Source: Candidatus Microbacterium pullistercoris (GTDB lineage Bacteria > Actinomycetota > Actinomycetes > Actinomycetales > Microbacteriaceae). From it: a stretch of DNA of 64,000 nucleotides. The position numbers and the translations under genes are program-made. Positions within the stretch are counted from its first letter, which is position 1; every line of letters begins with the position of its first letter. Under the pieces are notes generated by a model. That model was given only the letters and a program-made list of their open reading frames with translations, had not been told where the DNA came from and searched no databases. The stretch spans positions 660 to 64,659 of the forward strand of contig DWXU01000041.1 of the NCBI GenBank assembly GCA_019119065.1, read 5' to 3'. Below are positions 41,427 to 50,874 of this stretch, piece after piece.

Positions 41427-42530
41427 GTGCCCTCCCCTCACGCCATCGTCACAGCCATCTCCGAGCGGATGCTGACATTCGCCGACGAGCGACTCGGTCA
41501 GATCCGCCTGGACGCGGACATCGGAACGGACGCGATCGCCGAACTGCTGATCAAGCGCGCCCGCCTCGCGATCACCGGCGGCAAGCGCCTGAGGGCACGC
41601 TTCGCGTACTGGGGCTGGCGCGCCGTGCATGCTGATGATGCCGAACCGCACCCCGGTCTGATCGACCTCGGATCGTCCGTCGAGACATTCCAGGCGGCGG
41701 CCCTCGTCCATGACGACATCGTCGACAATTCGGACACCCGCCGCGGTGGACGCTCGGCGTGGCGGGCGCTCGAGGACGAGCATCACGCGCGCGGCTGGGC
41801 CGGCGACCCGGAAGAGTTCGGGCGCAACGGAGGGATCCTGCTCGGCGACCTCCTGCTGAGCTGGAGCGACGACCTCCTCGAAGGCGCGCTCGCCCGCAAC
41901 GACGACCCCGACGCGCGCCGCGCCGCGCGCGACACCTATGCGCGGATGCGCCGTGACGTCATCCTCGGCCAGTTCCTCGACGTCGCGGAAGAGGCCGCGT
42001 GGCCCACGACGCCCGATGCGTCCCATGCAGATCGCGCAATGCGCATCGCGATCCTCAAGTCGGCGCGGTACAGCGTGCAGCAGCCGCTTCTGCTCGGCGC
42101 GGCGTACGCCGGAGGAGGTGCCGCGGTGCGCGACGCGCTCGCGGCGTTCGGGCGCCCGCTCGGTCTCGCCTTCCAGTTGCGCGACGACGCGCTCGGCGTC
42201 TTCGGAGATCCCTCCGTCACCGGCAAGCCGGCAGGCGACGATCTGCGCGAGGGGAAGCGTACGCTCCTCGTCGCATATGCGCGCGAGCGAATGGATCCGT
42301 CGACCCGCACGGATTTCGACGACCGCCTCGGATCCCCGGATCTGACGACCGAGGAGATCGCTGAGCTCCAGGACGTCGTGCGTTCGTCCGGCGCGCTCGC
42401 ACGCGTCGAGCGACTGATCGATCGCTCCGCGACCGAGGCGATGGACGTTCTCCGGCGGGCCCCCTTCGCCGACGCGGTCGAGGAAGAGCTCGCGGACCTC
42501 GTCACCGCAGCGACGCGCCGCGCCTCCTGA
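41427..42530 (+). CDS. polyprenyl synthetase family protein (geranylgeranyl diphosphate synthase-like)
   Basis: Two aspartate-rich motifs, LVHDDIVDNSD and FQLRDDALGVFGD. GTG start. Confidence 0.85.
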   Translation: MPSPHAIVTAISERMLTFADERLGQIRLDADIGTDAIAELLIKRARLAITGGKRLRARFAYWGWRAVHADDAEPHPGLIDLGSSVETFQAAALVHDDIVDNSDTRRGGRSAWRALEDEHHARGWAGDPEEFGRNGGILLGDLLLSWSDDLLEGALARNDDPDARRAARDTYARMRRDVILGQFLDVAEEAAWPTTPDASHADRAMRIAILKSARYSVQQPLLLGAAYAGGGAAVRDALAAFGRPLGLAFQLRDDALGVFGDPSVTGKPAGDDLREGKRTLLVAYARERMDPSTRTDFDDRLGSPDLTTEEIAELQDVVRSSGALARVERLIDRSATEAMDVLRRAPFADAVEEELADLVTAATRRAS

Positions 42531-42538
42531 CGACAGCG

Positions 42539-42886
42539 CTACGCGAGCGTCTGCGCGATGCGGCGCACCTCGGATTTGCGCCCAGCCCGAAGCGACGCGA
42601 TCGGCGCGTTGCCGAGCTCAGGGTGCGACACGAAGAGCCAGTCGACGATCTCCTCGTCCTCGAATCCGGCGTCCTGCATCAGGATGATCGTTCCGCGAAG
42701 CGACGGGATCACGCGGTCACCGAGGAAGAACGCCGCGGGGACGACGCGCACGCCGTCACGGCGCACGGCGACGAAGGCGCGATCGCCGATCATTCGACTG
42801 ACACGGCCGGGCGTCTCACCGAGGAGTGCGGCGACATCGGGAAGGGTCAGCCACGTCGTCTCGGCGGCAGGAGTCTCGTCGGTCAC
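42539..42886 (-). CDS. Rv2175c-like DNA-binding protein
   Basis: WLTLPDVAALLGETPGRVSRMIGDRAFVAVRRDG (winged HTH) and a C-terminal EEIVDWLF...LGNAPIASLRAG. Lies next to a Ser/Thr kinase gene, as in mycobacteria. Confidence 0.7.
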   Translation of the reverse strand: MTDETPAAETTWLTLPDVAALLGETPGRVSRMIGDRAFVAVRRDGVRVVPAAFFLGDRVIPSLRGTIILMQDAGFEDEEIVDWLFVSHPELGNAPIASLRAGRKSEVRRIAQTLA

Positions 42887-43034
42887 GATTCAATTCTCCC
42901 ATGACGGCGAGTCGACTTCCGTCACACTAGTTTCATCAACAACTTCCGTTATCACGGGTTGACACTGTTACCAGCGCGTGACACGGTAACAATCTGCCGA
43001 CGTGTGTCGTCGGTCGACCGAGAGGAAGCAACTC

Positions 43035-44048
43035 ATGGCCCGTGAACGTCGTGTGCTCACTGCCGGATCCGTTGCCGTGACGGGGGCCGTTGCACTCGTC
43101 CTCGGCGGCGCTCCCGCTGTCGCCGCCGAGTCCGAATCGACCCTGCCCTACCGTTCGCTGCCGTCGTCGCTGCCGGAGCGAGCCGGGACAGGCGCGCCCA
43201 ACGTAGGACACGCCGGCAGCGCCGCAACGACGTACACCGTTCAGGCGGGCGACACGATCACGGGCATCGCGATCCGTCACGGCCTGCGCACGGTCGACGT
43301 GCTCACGTGGAACGATCTGAGCTGGTCGAGCATCATCCACCCGGGCGACGTGCTGACGCTCGGCGCCCCCGGGTCCGGAGGTGGAGAGTCGGGCGGCGGT
43401 GATTCGGAGGGCGGCGCTCCCGCTGCTCCTGATCAGGACGCGGACACGTACACCGTGCAGGCGGGCGACACGCTCTGGGGCATCGCTGCCGACCACGGTC
43501 TGTCGCTCGCGAAGCTGCTCGACCTGAACGGGATCGACGAAGGCGCCATCATCTATCCGGGGGAGGAGCTCGTGGTCGCCGAGGCCGACGGGAGCGAGAG
43601 TTCGGACCCGCCGTCGATCTACGACTCCCCCGAATACGACCTGCAGGCCTCGCTGAACGCGCCGCAGGCCGAGAACGTGGCGCTCATCGCGAACGTGGGA
43701 CGCGGTCTCGGTGTCTCTGAGCATGGCATCGCCATCGCGATCGCCACCGCGATGGTCGAGTCGGGGCTGCGCAACCTCGATGGGGGCGACCGCGACTCGG
43801 TCGGCCTCTTCCAACAGCGCCCGAGCACGGGGTGGGGCGACCGCACTGATCTGATGGACCGCGGCGTCGCGACGACGCGGTTCTTCCACGGCGCACCGGA
43901 CGGCGCGACGCTCGGGTTGCTCGACATCCCCGGTTGGCAGTCGATGGACTTCGGCGATGCCGCACAGGCTGTGCAGATCTCGGCATACCCCGACCGCTAC
44001 GACCGCTGGCGCGTCGCCGCGTGGGGGTGGCTTGCGCAGCACGGGTGA
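43035..44048 (+). CDS. secreted protein with two LysM domains and a conserved C-terminal domain
   Basis: Signal peptide; LysM repeats YTVQAGDTITGIAIRHGL...PGDVLTL and YTVQAGDTLWGIAADHGL...PGEELVV. The C-terminal ~130 aa (DRDSVGLFQQRPSTGWG...) is of unassigned function. ATG 43035 is preceded by GAGAGGAAG. Confidence 0.8.
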   Translation: MARERRVLTAGSVAVTGAVALVLGGAPAVAAESESTLPYRSLPSSLPERAGTGAPNVGHAGSAATTYTVQAGDTITGIAIRHGLRTVDVLTWNDLSWSSIIHPGDVLTLGAPGSGGGESGGGDSEGGAPAAPDQDADTYTVQAGDTLWGIAADHGLSLAKLLDLNGIDEGAIIYPGEELVVAEADGSESSDPPSIYDSPEYDLQASLNAPQAENVALIANVGRGLGVSEHGIAIAIATAMVESGLRNLDGGDRDSVGLFQQRPSTGWGDRTDLMDRGVATTRFFHGAPDGATLGLLDIPGWQSMDFGDAAQAVQISAYPDRYDRWRVAAWGWLAQHG

Positions 44049-44090
44049 GTCCTCCCGCTCTCCCGGGCGGCCGGAACTTAGACTCTAGGC

Positions 44091-46076
44091 GTGTCATCCC
44101 GTCCCGTCGCCGACCCCCTCGTGGGTCGCCTCGTCGACGGCAGATACCGAGTACGCGGCCGCATTGCGCGCGGCGGGATGGCGACGGTGTACCTCGCGAC
44201 CGACCTGCGCCTCGAGCGCCGCGTCGCGATCAAGGTGATGCACCATCACCTCAGCGATGACGACAGATTCCAGAGCCGCTTCATCCAGGAGGCGCGCGCA
44301 GCCGCACGGCTGAGCGACCCGAACGTGGTCAGCGTCTTCGACCAGGGGCATGACGACGACATCGCATATCTCGTGATGGAGTACCTGCCCGGCGTCACGC
44401 TGCGCGACACGATCACCGAGAAGAAGCGACTCTCGGTCGATCAGGCGGTCACCGTCCTCCACGCCGTGCTCGCGGGCCTCGCCTCGGCTCACCGGGCGGG
44501 CTTCATTCACCGCGACGTGAAGCCCGAGAATGTGCTGATCGCTGAGGACGGGCGGATCAAGATCAGCGACTTCGGTCTGGCTCGAGCGACCAGCGCGAAC
44601 ACCGCCTCCGGGCAGCAGCTCCTCGGCACGATCGCCTACCTCGCACCCGAGCTCGTCACACAGGGCACGGCGGATGCGCGCACCGACATCTACGCGCTCG
44701 GCATCATGCTGTACGAACTTCTGACGGGTGAGCAGCCGTATCAGGGCGAACAGCCCATGCAGATCGCGTACCAGCACGTGACCGACCAGGTGCCGCGACC
44801 GAGCATCAAGAATCCCGGCGTTCCCGAGCAGCTCGATGAGCTCGTGCTCTGGTCGACGGAGCGGGAGCCCGACGAGCGTCCAGCGGACGCTCAGGTGATG
44901 CTGGAGCGCCTCCGCGAGATCGAGGACCAGCTCGGCATCACGCCGCTCCCACCGCAAGGTCACGCCCCCTCGGCAGCTCCCGACGACGATGCGCCGACGG
45001 CCGACGAGACGGCGCTCCTGCCTCCTCCGACCGACGTGGACGGCGTCACGAGCGTGCTGAACGGCACCGGACCGATCGACACCGCACAGGCCGCCGCGGG
45101 CAACGCGGAGCGTCTGCGCGTGAAGACGCGGCGCCGTCGTGCGCGCGGCTGGTGGGCCGCGATCCTCACGATCGTGCTTGCGATCGCGGCGGGCAGCACC
45201 GGATGGTGGTTCGGCAGCGGCCCCGGCTCGATGGTCACTGTGCCGTCATACGGTGCCGAAACGACATTCGCGGAGATCTCCGAACAGCTCGCCGCCGTAG
45301 AGGTGAACGCGTCGGAGGAGACCGAGCACAGCCTCGATGTGGCCGAGGGGCGGATCATCACGACCGACCCGGAGGCGGGCACGCGTGTGTATCCGGGCGA
45401 CACGGTCGTTGTCACAACGTCGCTGGGCCCGGCGCAGGTCACGCTCGACGAGATGCGCGGGCTGACGCTGTCCGACGCGCAGAACCACGCACGGGACGCC
45501 GTCCTGACCGTGGCCGATGACGTCGCCGAGCGCTTTGATCCGCGCGCAGAGGGAACCGTCATCGGGGCACGCGTGACGCCTGCCGGCGCCGACGAGGACT
45601 ACGGCTGTCTCGATGGCTGCCACGCTCACCAGGGCGACGCGATCGCATTCACCGTCTCGGCCGGTGAGGTTCCGGATGTGTCCGGATTCTCGGTCGACGA
45701 GGCCCGCGACCGGCTCGAGTCGATCGGTCTCGAGGTCGCCGAGGAGACCTCCCGGGAATACAACGACGGCGTCGACGAGGGTCTCGTGATCCGTTACTCG
45801 ACCGACCAGGAGACGCTGGCGCCCGGCGACACCGTGACGCTCGTCGAGTCTCTCGGCCCGCAGCCGGTGGAGATCCCGTCCGTCGATGGAATGACACGCG
45901 ACGAGGCGGTCCAAGCTCTCGAGGCGCTCGGCTTCGAGGTGTCGTTCAACGGCCTCTGGTCGACCTGGCCGGACGACTGGACGACCGTGACGGGCTCCGA
46001 CCCGGAGGCCGGCGAATCCCGCGTCCCGGCTCGCACCACGGTGACGATCTACATCGACAACGTCGGCCCGGTCTGA
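44091..46076 (+). CDS. Ser/Thr protein kinase with four extracellular PASTA-like repeats
   Basis: Hanks kinase motifs (GGMATVY, HRDVKPENVL, DFGLA, APE), a TM helix at aa ~353-375, then four ~65-aa PASTA-like repeats. Confidence 0.9.
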   Translation: MSSRPVADPLVGRLVDGRYRVRGRIARGGMATVYLATDLRLERRVAIKVMHHHLSDDDRFQSRFIQEARAAARLSDPNVVSVFDQGHDDDIAYLVMEYLPGVTLRDTITEKKRLSVDQAVTVLHAVLAGLASAHRAGFIHRDVKPENVLIAEDGRIKISDFGLARATSANTASGQQLLGTIAYLAPELVTQGTADARTDIYALGIMLYELLTGEQPYQGEQPMQIAYQHVTDQVPRPSIKNPGVPEQLDELVLWSTEREPDERPADAQVMLERLREIEDQLGITPLPPQGHAPSAAPDDDAPTADETALLPPPTDVDGVTSVLNGTGPIDTAQAAAGNAERLRVKTRRRRARGWWAAILTIVLAIAAGSTGWWFGSGPGSMVTVPSYGAETTFAEISEQLAAVEVNASEETEHSLDVAEGRIITTDPEAGTRVYPGDTVVVTTSLGPAQVTLDEMRGLTLSDAQNHARDAVLTVADDVAERFDPRAEGTVIGARVTPAGADEDYGCLDGCHAHQGDAIAFTVSAGEVPDVSGFSVDEARDRLESIGLEVAEETSREYNDGVDEGLVIRYSTDQETLAPGDTVTLVESLGPQPVEIPSVDGMTRDEAVQALEALGFEVSFNGLWSTWPDDWTTVTGSDPEAGESRVPARTTVTIYIDNVGPV

Positions 46077-46083
46077 CCCGGTT

Positions 46084-46268
46084 GCCGGGTACAGCGATCG
46101 CCTGGCGCCCGACCGAGGCGGGCTTAAGCCGGTCGACTGAGGGCAACGCCGCGAGCGCCCCTCGCCGCCCGCGGTTCCCGGGCACGGTAATCGCAAGGCG
46201 CCCCGAAGGAGGCGGGCTGAAGCCCGTCGACTGAGGGCAACGCCGCGAGTGCCGTGCCCGGGGACCGC
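46084..46268. repeat. tandem duplication, 2 x ~93 bp, with internal palindromes
   Basis: Copy 1 begins at 46084 and copy 2 at 46177. Both share ...GGCGGGCT(T/G)AAGCC(-/C)GTCGACTGAGGGCAACGCCGCGAG(C/T)GCC. The 46168-46186 segment pairs with 46249-46268. Confidence 0.7.
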
Positions 46269-46270
46269 GG

Positions 46271-47608
46271 CTATCTCTTTTCGAGTTCTTCGGCGACGAG
46301 GAAGGCGAGCTCGAGTGACTGCATGTGGTTGAGCCGGGGGTCGCAGAGGGACTCGTAGCGCGTGGCGAGCCCGGCCTCGTCGATGTCCTCGGATCCGCCG
46401 AGGCACTCGGTGACGTCGTCGCCGGTGAGCTCGACGTGGATGCCGCCGGGGTGCGTGCCGACCTGGCGGTGCGCCTCGAAGAACCCACGAACCTCGTCGA
46501 CGACGTCGTCGAAGCGACGCGTCTTGAAACCGGTCGGGGTCGCGAAGCCGTTGCCGTGCATCGGATCCGTGACCCAGAGCGGCTGCGCCCCGGAGTCGCG
46601 CACGGCCTCGAGCAACGGCGGAAGTGCGTCGCGAATCTGCCCCGCGCCCATGCGCGTGATGAACGTGAGACGCCCGGGTTCGCGTTCGGGGTCGAGCTTC
46701 TCGATGAGCTGCAGCGCCGTCTCCGGCGTGGTCGTCGGTCCGAGCTTCACGCCGATGGGGTTGCGGATCTTCGACGCGAAGTCGATGTGAGCACCGTCGA
46801 GGTCGCGCGTGCGCTCCCCCACCCAGATGAAGTGCGCGGACGTGTCGTACGCGTCGCCGGTGCGGGAGTCGATGCGCGTGAGCGGGCGCTCGTAGTCCAT
46901 GAGCAGACCCTCGTGGCCCGTGTAGAAGTCGACGCGCTTCATCTCCTCGAAGTCGGCGCCAGCCGCCTCCATGAACTTGATCGCGCGATCGATCTCGGTC
47001 GCCATGTGCTCGTAGCGCTTGTTGGCGGGGTTCTCGGCGAAGCCCTTGTTCCATGAGTGCACCTCGCGCAGGTCCGCGAAGCCGCCCTGTGTGAACGCGC
47101 GGATGAGGTTCAGCGTGCTCGCCGCCGTGTGGTACGCCGTCAGCAGGCGCTGCGGGTCCGGCGTGCGGGCGCCTTCGGTGAACTCGAAGCCGTTGACGAT
47201 CTCGCCGCGGAACGCGGGCAGCGTGACGTCGCCGCGCGTCTCGGTGTCCTTCGAGCGCGGCTTGGCGAACTGGCCCGCCATGCGCCCCATCTTGACGATC
47301 GGCATCGATGCGCCGTACGTGAGCACGACGGCCATCTGCAGCACGGTCTTGATGCGATTGCGGATCTGGTCGGCGGTCGCGCCCGCGAACGTCTCAGCGC
47401 AGTCTCCGCCCTGCAGCAAGAACGCCTTCCCCGCCGCCGCCTCGCCGAGGCGATAGCGCATCTGGTCGACCTCACCCGCGAACACGAGCGGCGGAAGAGT
47501 CGCCAGCTCGGCCGACACCAGCTCGACTTCGGCCGGGTCCGGCCACTGCGGCTGCTGCTTGATGGGGAGTTCGCGCCATGCATCGAGCGCGTCGGGGGAA
47601 TGCTGCAT
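46271..47608 (-). CDS. aroG: class II 3-deoxy-7-phosphoheptulonate (DAHP) synthase
   Basis: KAFLLQGGDCAETF with full-length class II AroA(II) similarity. Confidence 0.95.
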   Translation of the reverse strand: MQHSPDALDAWRELPIKQQPQWPDPAEVELVSAELATLPPLVFAGEVDQMRYRLGEAAAGKAFLLQGGDCAETFAGATADQIRNRIKTVLQMAVVLTYGASMPIVKMGRMAGQFAKPRSKDTETRGDVTLPAFRGEIVNGFEFTEGARTPDPQRLLTAYHTAASTLNLIRAFTQGGFADLREVHSWNKGFAENPANKRYEHMATEIDRAIKFMEAAGADFEEMKRVDFYTGHEGLLMDYERPLTRIDSRTGDAYDTSAHFIWVGERTRDLDGAHIDFASKIRNPIGVKLGPTTTPETALQLIEKLDPEREPGRLTFITRMGAGQIRDALPPLLEAVRDSGAQPLWVTDPMHGNGFATPTGFKTRRFDDVVDEVRGFFEAHRQVGTHPGGIHVELTGDDVTECLGGSEDIDEAGLATRYESLCDPRLNHMQSLELAFLVAEELEKR

Positions 47609-47650
47609 TCCACGATCCTATCGGCTCGCGGAGGGCTCAGATCCCCGCGA

Positions 47651-48361
47651 TCAGGAGAACGCGCTCGCCTTCTGTGCGCCACTCTCCTCGGCGCGACGAC
47701 GATGCTTTGTGGCGTAGTCGTCGACGTACTCCTGCCCGCCGAGGCGCTGCAGGGAGACCATGATCTCGTCCGTCACGCTGCGGAGCACGAAGCGGTCGTC
47801 TTCGAAGCCCTCATAGCGCGAGAAATCGAGCGGCTCCCCGAGCACCATGCCGATCCGCATGATGCGCGGCCGGGAGGATCCGATCGGCAGCATCGTGTCG
47901 GTGTCGACCATGACCACGGGGATCACCGGGACCTTCGCGACGAGCGCCATCCGCGCGATGCCGGTGCGTCCCTTGTAGAGCCGACCGTCGGGGCTGCGCG
48001 TGCCCTCGGGGTAGATGCCGAGCAGGTCGCCGCGTCCGATCACCTGCAGCGCCGCGTTGAGGGCGCCCTCCGACGCGGATCCTCCCGAGCGGTCGATGGC
48101 GATCTGGCCGGTGCCCTTCATGAACCACTTCGTCGCCCAGCCTTTGAGACCTTTGCCGGTGAAGTACTCGGATTTGGCGAGGAACGACATCGGGCGTTCG
48201 AGCATGAGCGGTAGGAAGACGGAATCTATCACCGAGAGGTGGTTCGACGCGAGAATCGCCGCGCCCTGCTTCGGAACGTTCTGGGCGCCCGCGATCCACG
48301 GCCGGAAGATGCCCTTGAGGACAGGCCCCACGACCAGGTACTTGAGGATCCAATAGAACAC
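47651..48361 (-). CDS. 1-acyl-sn-glycerol-3-phosphate acyltransferase family protein
   Basis: HX4D motif NHLSVIDS and PEGTRS. GTG start. Confidence 0.85.
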   Translation of the reverse strand: MFYWILKYLVVGPVLKGIFRPWIAGAQNVPKQGAAILASNHLSVIDSVFLPLMLERPMSFLAKSEYFTGKGLKGWATKWFMKGTGQIAIDRSGGSASEGALNAALQVIGRGDLLGIYPEGTRSPDGRLYKGRTGIARMALVAKVPVIPVVMVDTDTMLPIGSSRPRIMRIGMVLGEPLDFSRYEGFEDDRFVLRSVTDEIMVSLQRLGGQEYVDDYATKHRRRAEESGAQKASAFS

Positions 48362-48534
48362 CGGGCGACACTCCAGACGACGTCAACGGCCCGATTCTAA
48401 TGGTGCCGAGTGGCGATTGTGGACAGCGGACAACCTACTGGCGGGTGCGCTCGCGACCCCTCTAGACTCTGCGAGTACTTCCACCGAACGCGCGGACCCT
48501 GTGCGCGCACCCGACCGGTACCAAAGGAGCTGCC

Positions 48535-50364
48535 GTGAACGAGACCTCCGCCGAGCCCCTCGTCCCCGCCGACCCGTCGCAGAACATCAGCGACTTGCTC
48601 GTCGATCGTGTGCGGCGGGCGCCGAACCATCCGCTGTTCAGCGTCCCCGACGGGGACGGCTGGCGTGACAAGACGACCAGCGAGTTCGAACAGGAGGTCG
48701 TCGCGCTCGCGAAGGGGTTCGTCGCGGCCGGGGTCCGCGTGGGAGACAAGGTCGGCTTCCTCGCGAAGACCACGTACGAGTGGACCCTCGTCGACTTCGC
48801 GCTGCACTACGCGGGCATCATCATGGTGCCGGTCTACGAGACCAGCTCGGCTGACCAGATCCACTGGATCCTGTCGGACTCGGGTGCCGTCGCTCTCATC
48901 GTCGAGAACGCCGAGCACCACGAGCGCTTCAGCGCCGTGCGCGATGATCTGCCGTTGATCGGCTCGTACTGGCGGATGGACGAGGGCGCGCTCGACGAGC
49001 TCGTCTCGCAAGGTGCCGAGGTGGAGGACGCCGAGATCGAGCGCCGCCGGTCCCTGGCGCGCGGTGACGATGTCGCGACGATCATCTACACGTCCGGATC
49101 GATGGGGCGTCCGAAGGGCTGTGTCCTGACGCACAGCAATTTCGTCGACACCTCGAAGAACGCGGCGCTGGCGCTCAGCGAGGTGCTCGAGCAGCCGGGG
49201 GCGTCCACCGTGCTGTTCATCACCACGGCGCACGTCTTCGCGCGTTTCATGTCGGTGCTCTATGTGCACGCGGGCATCAAGACGGCTCACGAGCCCAACA
49301 CGAAGAACCTCGTCGCGGCACTCGGCTCGTTCAAGCCCACGTTGCTGCTCGCCGTTCCGCGCGTGTTCGAGAAGGTGTACAACTCGGCCGAGCAGAAGAC
49401 CGAGGCCGAGGGCAAGGGAGCGATCTTCCGCCGCGCGGTGAAGGTCGCGATCGAGCACGCCCGCCGCGAGCAGGAGGGCGAGCGCATCGGTCCCGTCCTG
49501 GCACTGCAGTACAAGCTGTTCAGCAAGCTCGTCTACGGCAAGCTGCGCGATCTGATGGGCGGTCGTGTCACGTACGCGGTGTCGGGTTCGGCGCCGCTCG
49601 GACCGCGACTCGGCTATTTCTTCCGCGGGCTCGGCATCAAGATCCTCGAGGGTTACGGCCTCACGGAGACCACGGCGCCCGCGACGGTGAACCGTCCCGA
49701 CAGCATCAAGGTCGGTTCCGTCGGTCCGGTTCTGCCCGGCGTGAGCGTGCGCATCGCTGACGACGGCGAAGTGCAGGTGAAGGGCGTGAACGTCTTCCGC
49801 GAGTACTGGCGCAACCCGGAGGCGACCGAGGAGTCCTTCGACGGAAGTTGGTTCCGCACGGGCGACATCGGTGAGCTGGACGAGAAGGGCAACCTGTCGA
49901 TCACGGGTCGGAAGAAGGAACTCATCGTCACGGCAGGCGGAAAAAACGTCGCGCCGAATACGCTCGAGGACCCCATCCGCTCGAACTCGATCGTCGGTCA
50001 GGTGGTCGTCGTGGGCGACCAGAAGCCGTTCATCTCCGCGCTCGTGACGCTCGACCCCGAGATGCTGCCCGCGTGGCTGAAGACGCACGGCGAGTCGTCG
50101 GACATGACGCTCGAACAGGCCGCGGTGTCGCCGGCCGTGAAGGCCGAGGTTCAGCGTGCGATCGACGAGGCGAACGCCCGGGTGTCGCGAGCGGAGTCCA
50201 TCCGCGAGTTCCGGATCCTCCCGACCGAGTGGACGGAGGCGACCGGCCACCTGACGCCGAAGCTGTCGATCAAGCGCAGCGTGATCATGAAGGACTTCTC
50301 GGCGGAGATCGACGACATCTACGCGGCGCCAAGAGACGTCACGACCAACGTCCCGCTCGGCTGA
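48535..50364 (+). CDS. long-chain fatty acid--CoA ligase (AMP-dependent synthetase)
   Basis: YTSGSMGRPKG, GYGLTET, TGDIGELDEKG and GKNVAP motifs. GTG 48535 is preceded by AAAGGAG. Confidence 0.85.
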   Translation: MNETSAEPLVPADPSQNISDLLVDRVRRAPNHPLFSVPDGDGWRDKTTSEFEQEVVALAKGFVAAGVRVGDKVGFLAKTTYEWTLVDFALHYAGIIMVPVYETSSADQIHWILSDSGAVALIVENAEHHERFSAVRDDLPLIGSYWRMDEGALDELVSQGAEVEDAEIERRRSLARGDDVATIIYTSGSMGRPKGCVLTHSNFVDTSKNAALALSEVLEQPGASTVLFITTAHVFARFMSVLYVHAGIKTAHEPNTKNLVAALGSFKPTLLLAVPRVFEKVYNSAEQKTEAEGKGAIFRRAVKVAIEHARREQEGERIGPVLALQYKLFSKLVYGKLRDLMGGRVTYAVSGSAPLGPRLGYFFRGLGIKILEGYGLTETTAPATVNRPDSIKVGSVGPVLPGVSVRIADDGEVQVKGVNVFREYWRNPEATEESFDGSWFRTGDIGELDEKGNLSITGRKKELIVTAGGKNVAPNTLEDPIRSNSIVGQVVVVGDQKPFISALVTLDPEMLPAWLKTHGESSDMTLEQAAVSPAVKAEVQRAIDEANARVSRAESIREFRILPTEWTEATGHLTPKLSIKRSVIMKDFSAEIDDIYAAPRDVTTNVPLG

Positions 50365-50382
50365 TACCGGGCGGGCGCGGAG

Positions 50383-50874
50383 TCAGAACCAGTCGCTCTC
50401 GCGCACCTCACGCATCGCGAGGCGGCGGGTCTCCGGCGGCAGGCGCTGCAGGTAGACCATCCCGTCGAGGTGGTCGGTCTCGTGCTGCAGCATCTGTGCG
50501 AACAGCCCCTCGCCCTCGAGCGTGATGACGGACCCGTCGACGTCGAGCCCTTCGACGCGCGCGTACGGATGGCGCATCGCGTCGTGCCAGAGGTTCGGCA
50601 CCGACAGGCACCCCTCCCCTGTCGGGACCGGTTCTCCGCGCACCTCGACGACGCGCGGGTTGATGATCGCGCCGACGCGGTCGTCGACGTTGTAGCTGAA
50701 CGCCCGCAGTCCGACACCGATCTGCGGCGCCGCGACGCCTGCGCGCCCCGGGACCTTCACCGTGTCGATGAGGTCGACGATGAGGGCACGCACGCCGTCG
50801 TCGATCGTCTCGATCGGCGCGCAGGGCGTGCGGAGCACCGGGTCGCCGTAGAGGCGGATCTCGCGCACCGTCAT
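50383..50874 (-). CDS. def: peptide deformylase
   Basis: GVAAPQIG, EGCLS and QHETDHLDG motifs. Confidence 0.95.
   Translation of the reverse strand: MTVREIRLYGDPVLRTPCAPIETIDDGVRALIVDLIDTVKVPGRAGVAAPQIGVGLRAFSYNVDDRVGAIINPRVVEVRGEPVPTGEGCLSVPNLWHDAMRHPYARVEGLDVDGSVITLEGEGLFAQMLQHETDHLDGMVYLQRLPPETRRLAMREVRESDWF

Noticed and set aside
42887-43034. A possible cyclic-di-AMP (ydaO-type) riboswitch upstream of the LysM wall-protein gene
   Set aside because: The spacer is only 148 bp and must also hold the promoter. It lacks the long pseudo-symmetric helices and conserved purine-rich boxes of that class. Only small inverted repeats are seen (TGTTACC..GGTAACA, CCGACG..CGTCGG).
45246-50250. Large minus-strand ORFs 45246..47054 and 48397..50250, and plus-strand ORF 47057..48214
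   Set aside because: They are antisense to, or out of frame with, the kinase, aroG, plsC and acyl-CoA ligase genes. They are Arg-rich with no domains. The same applies to 57779..59617 and 42936..44042.
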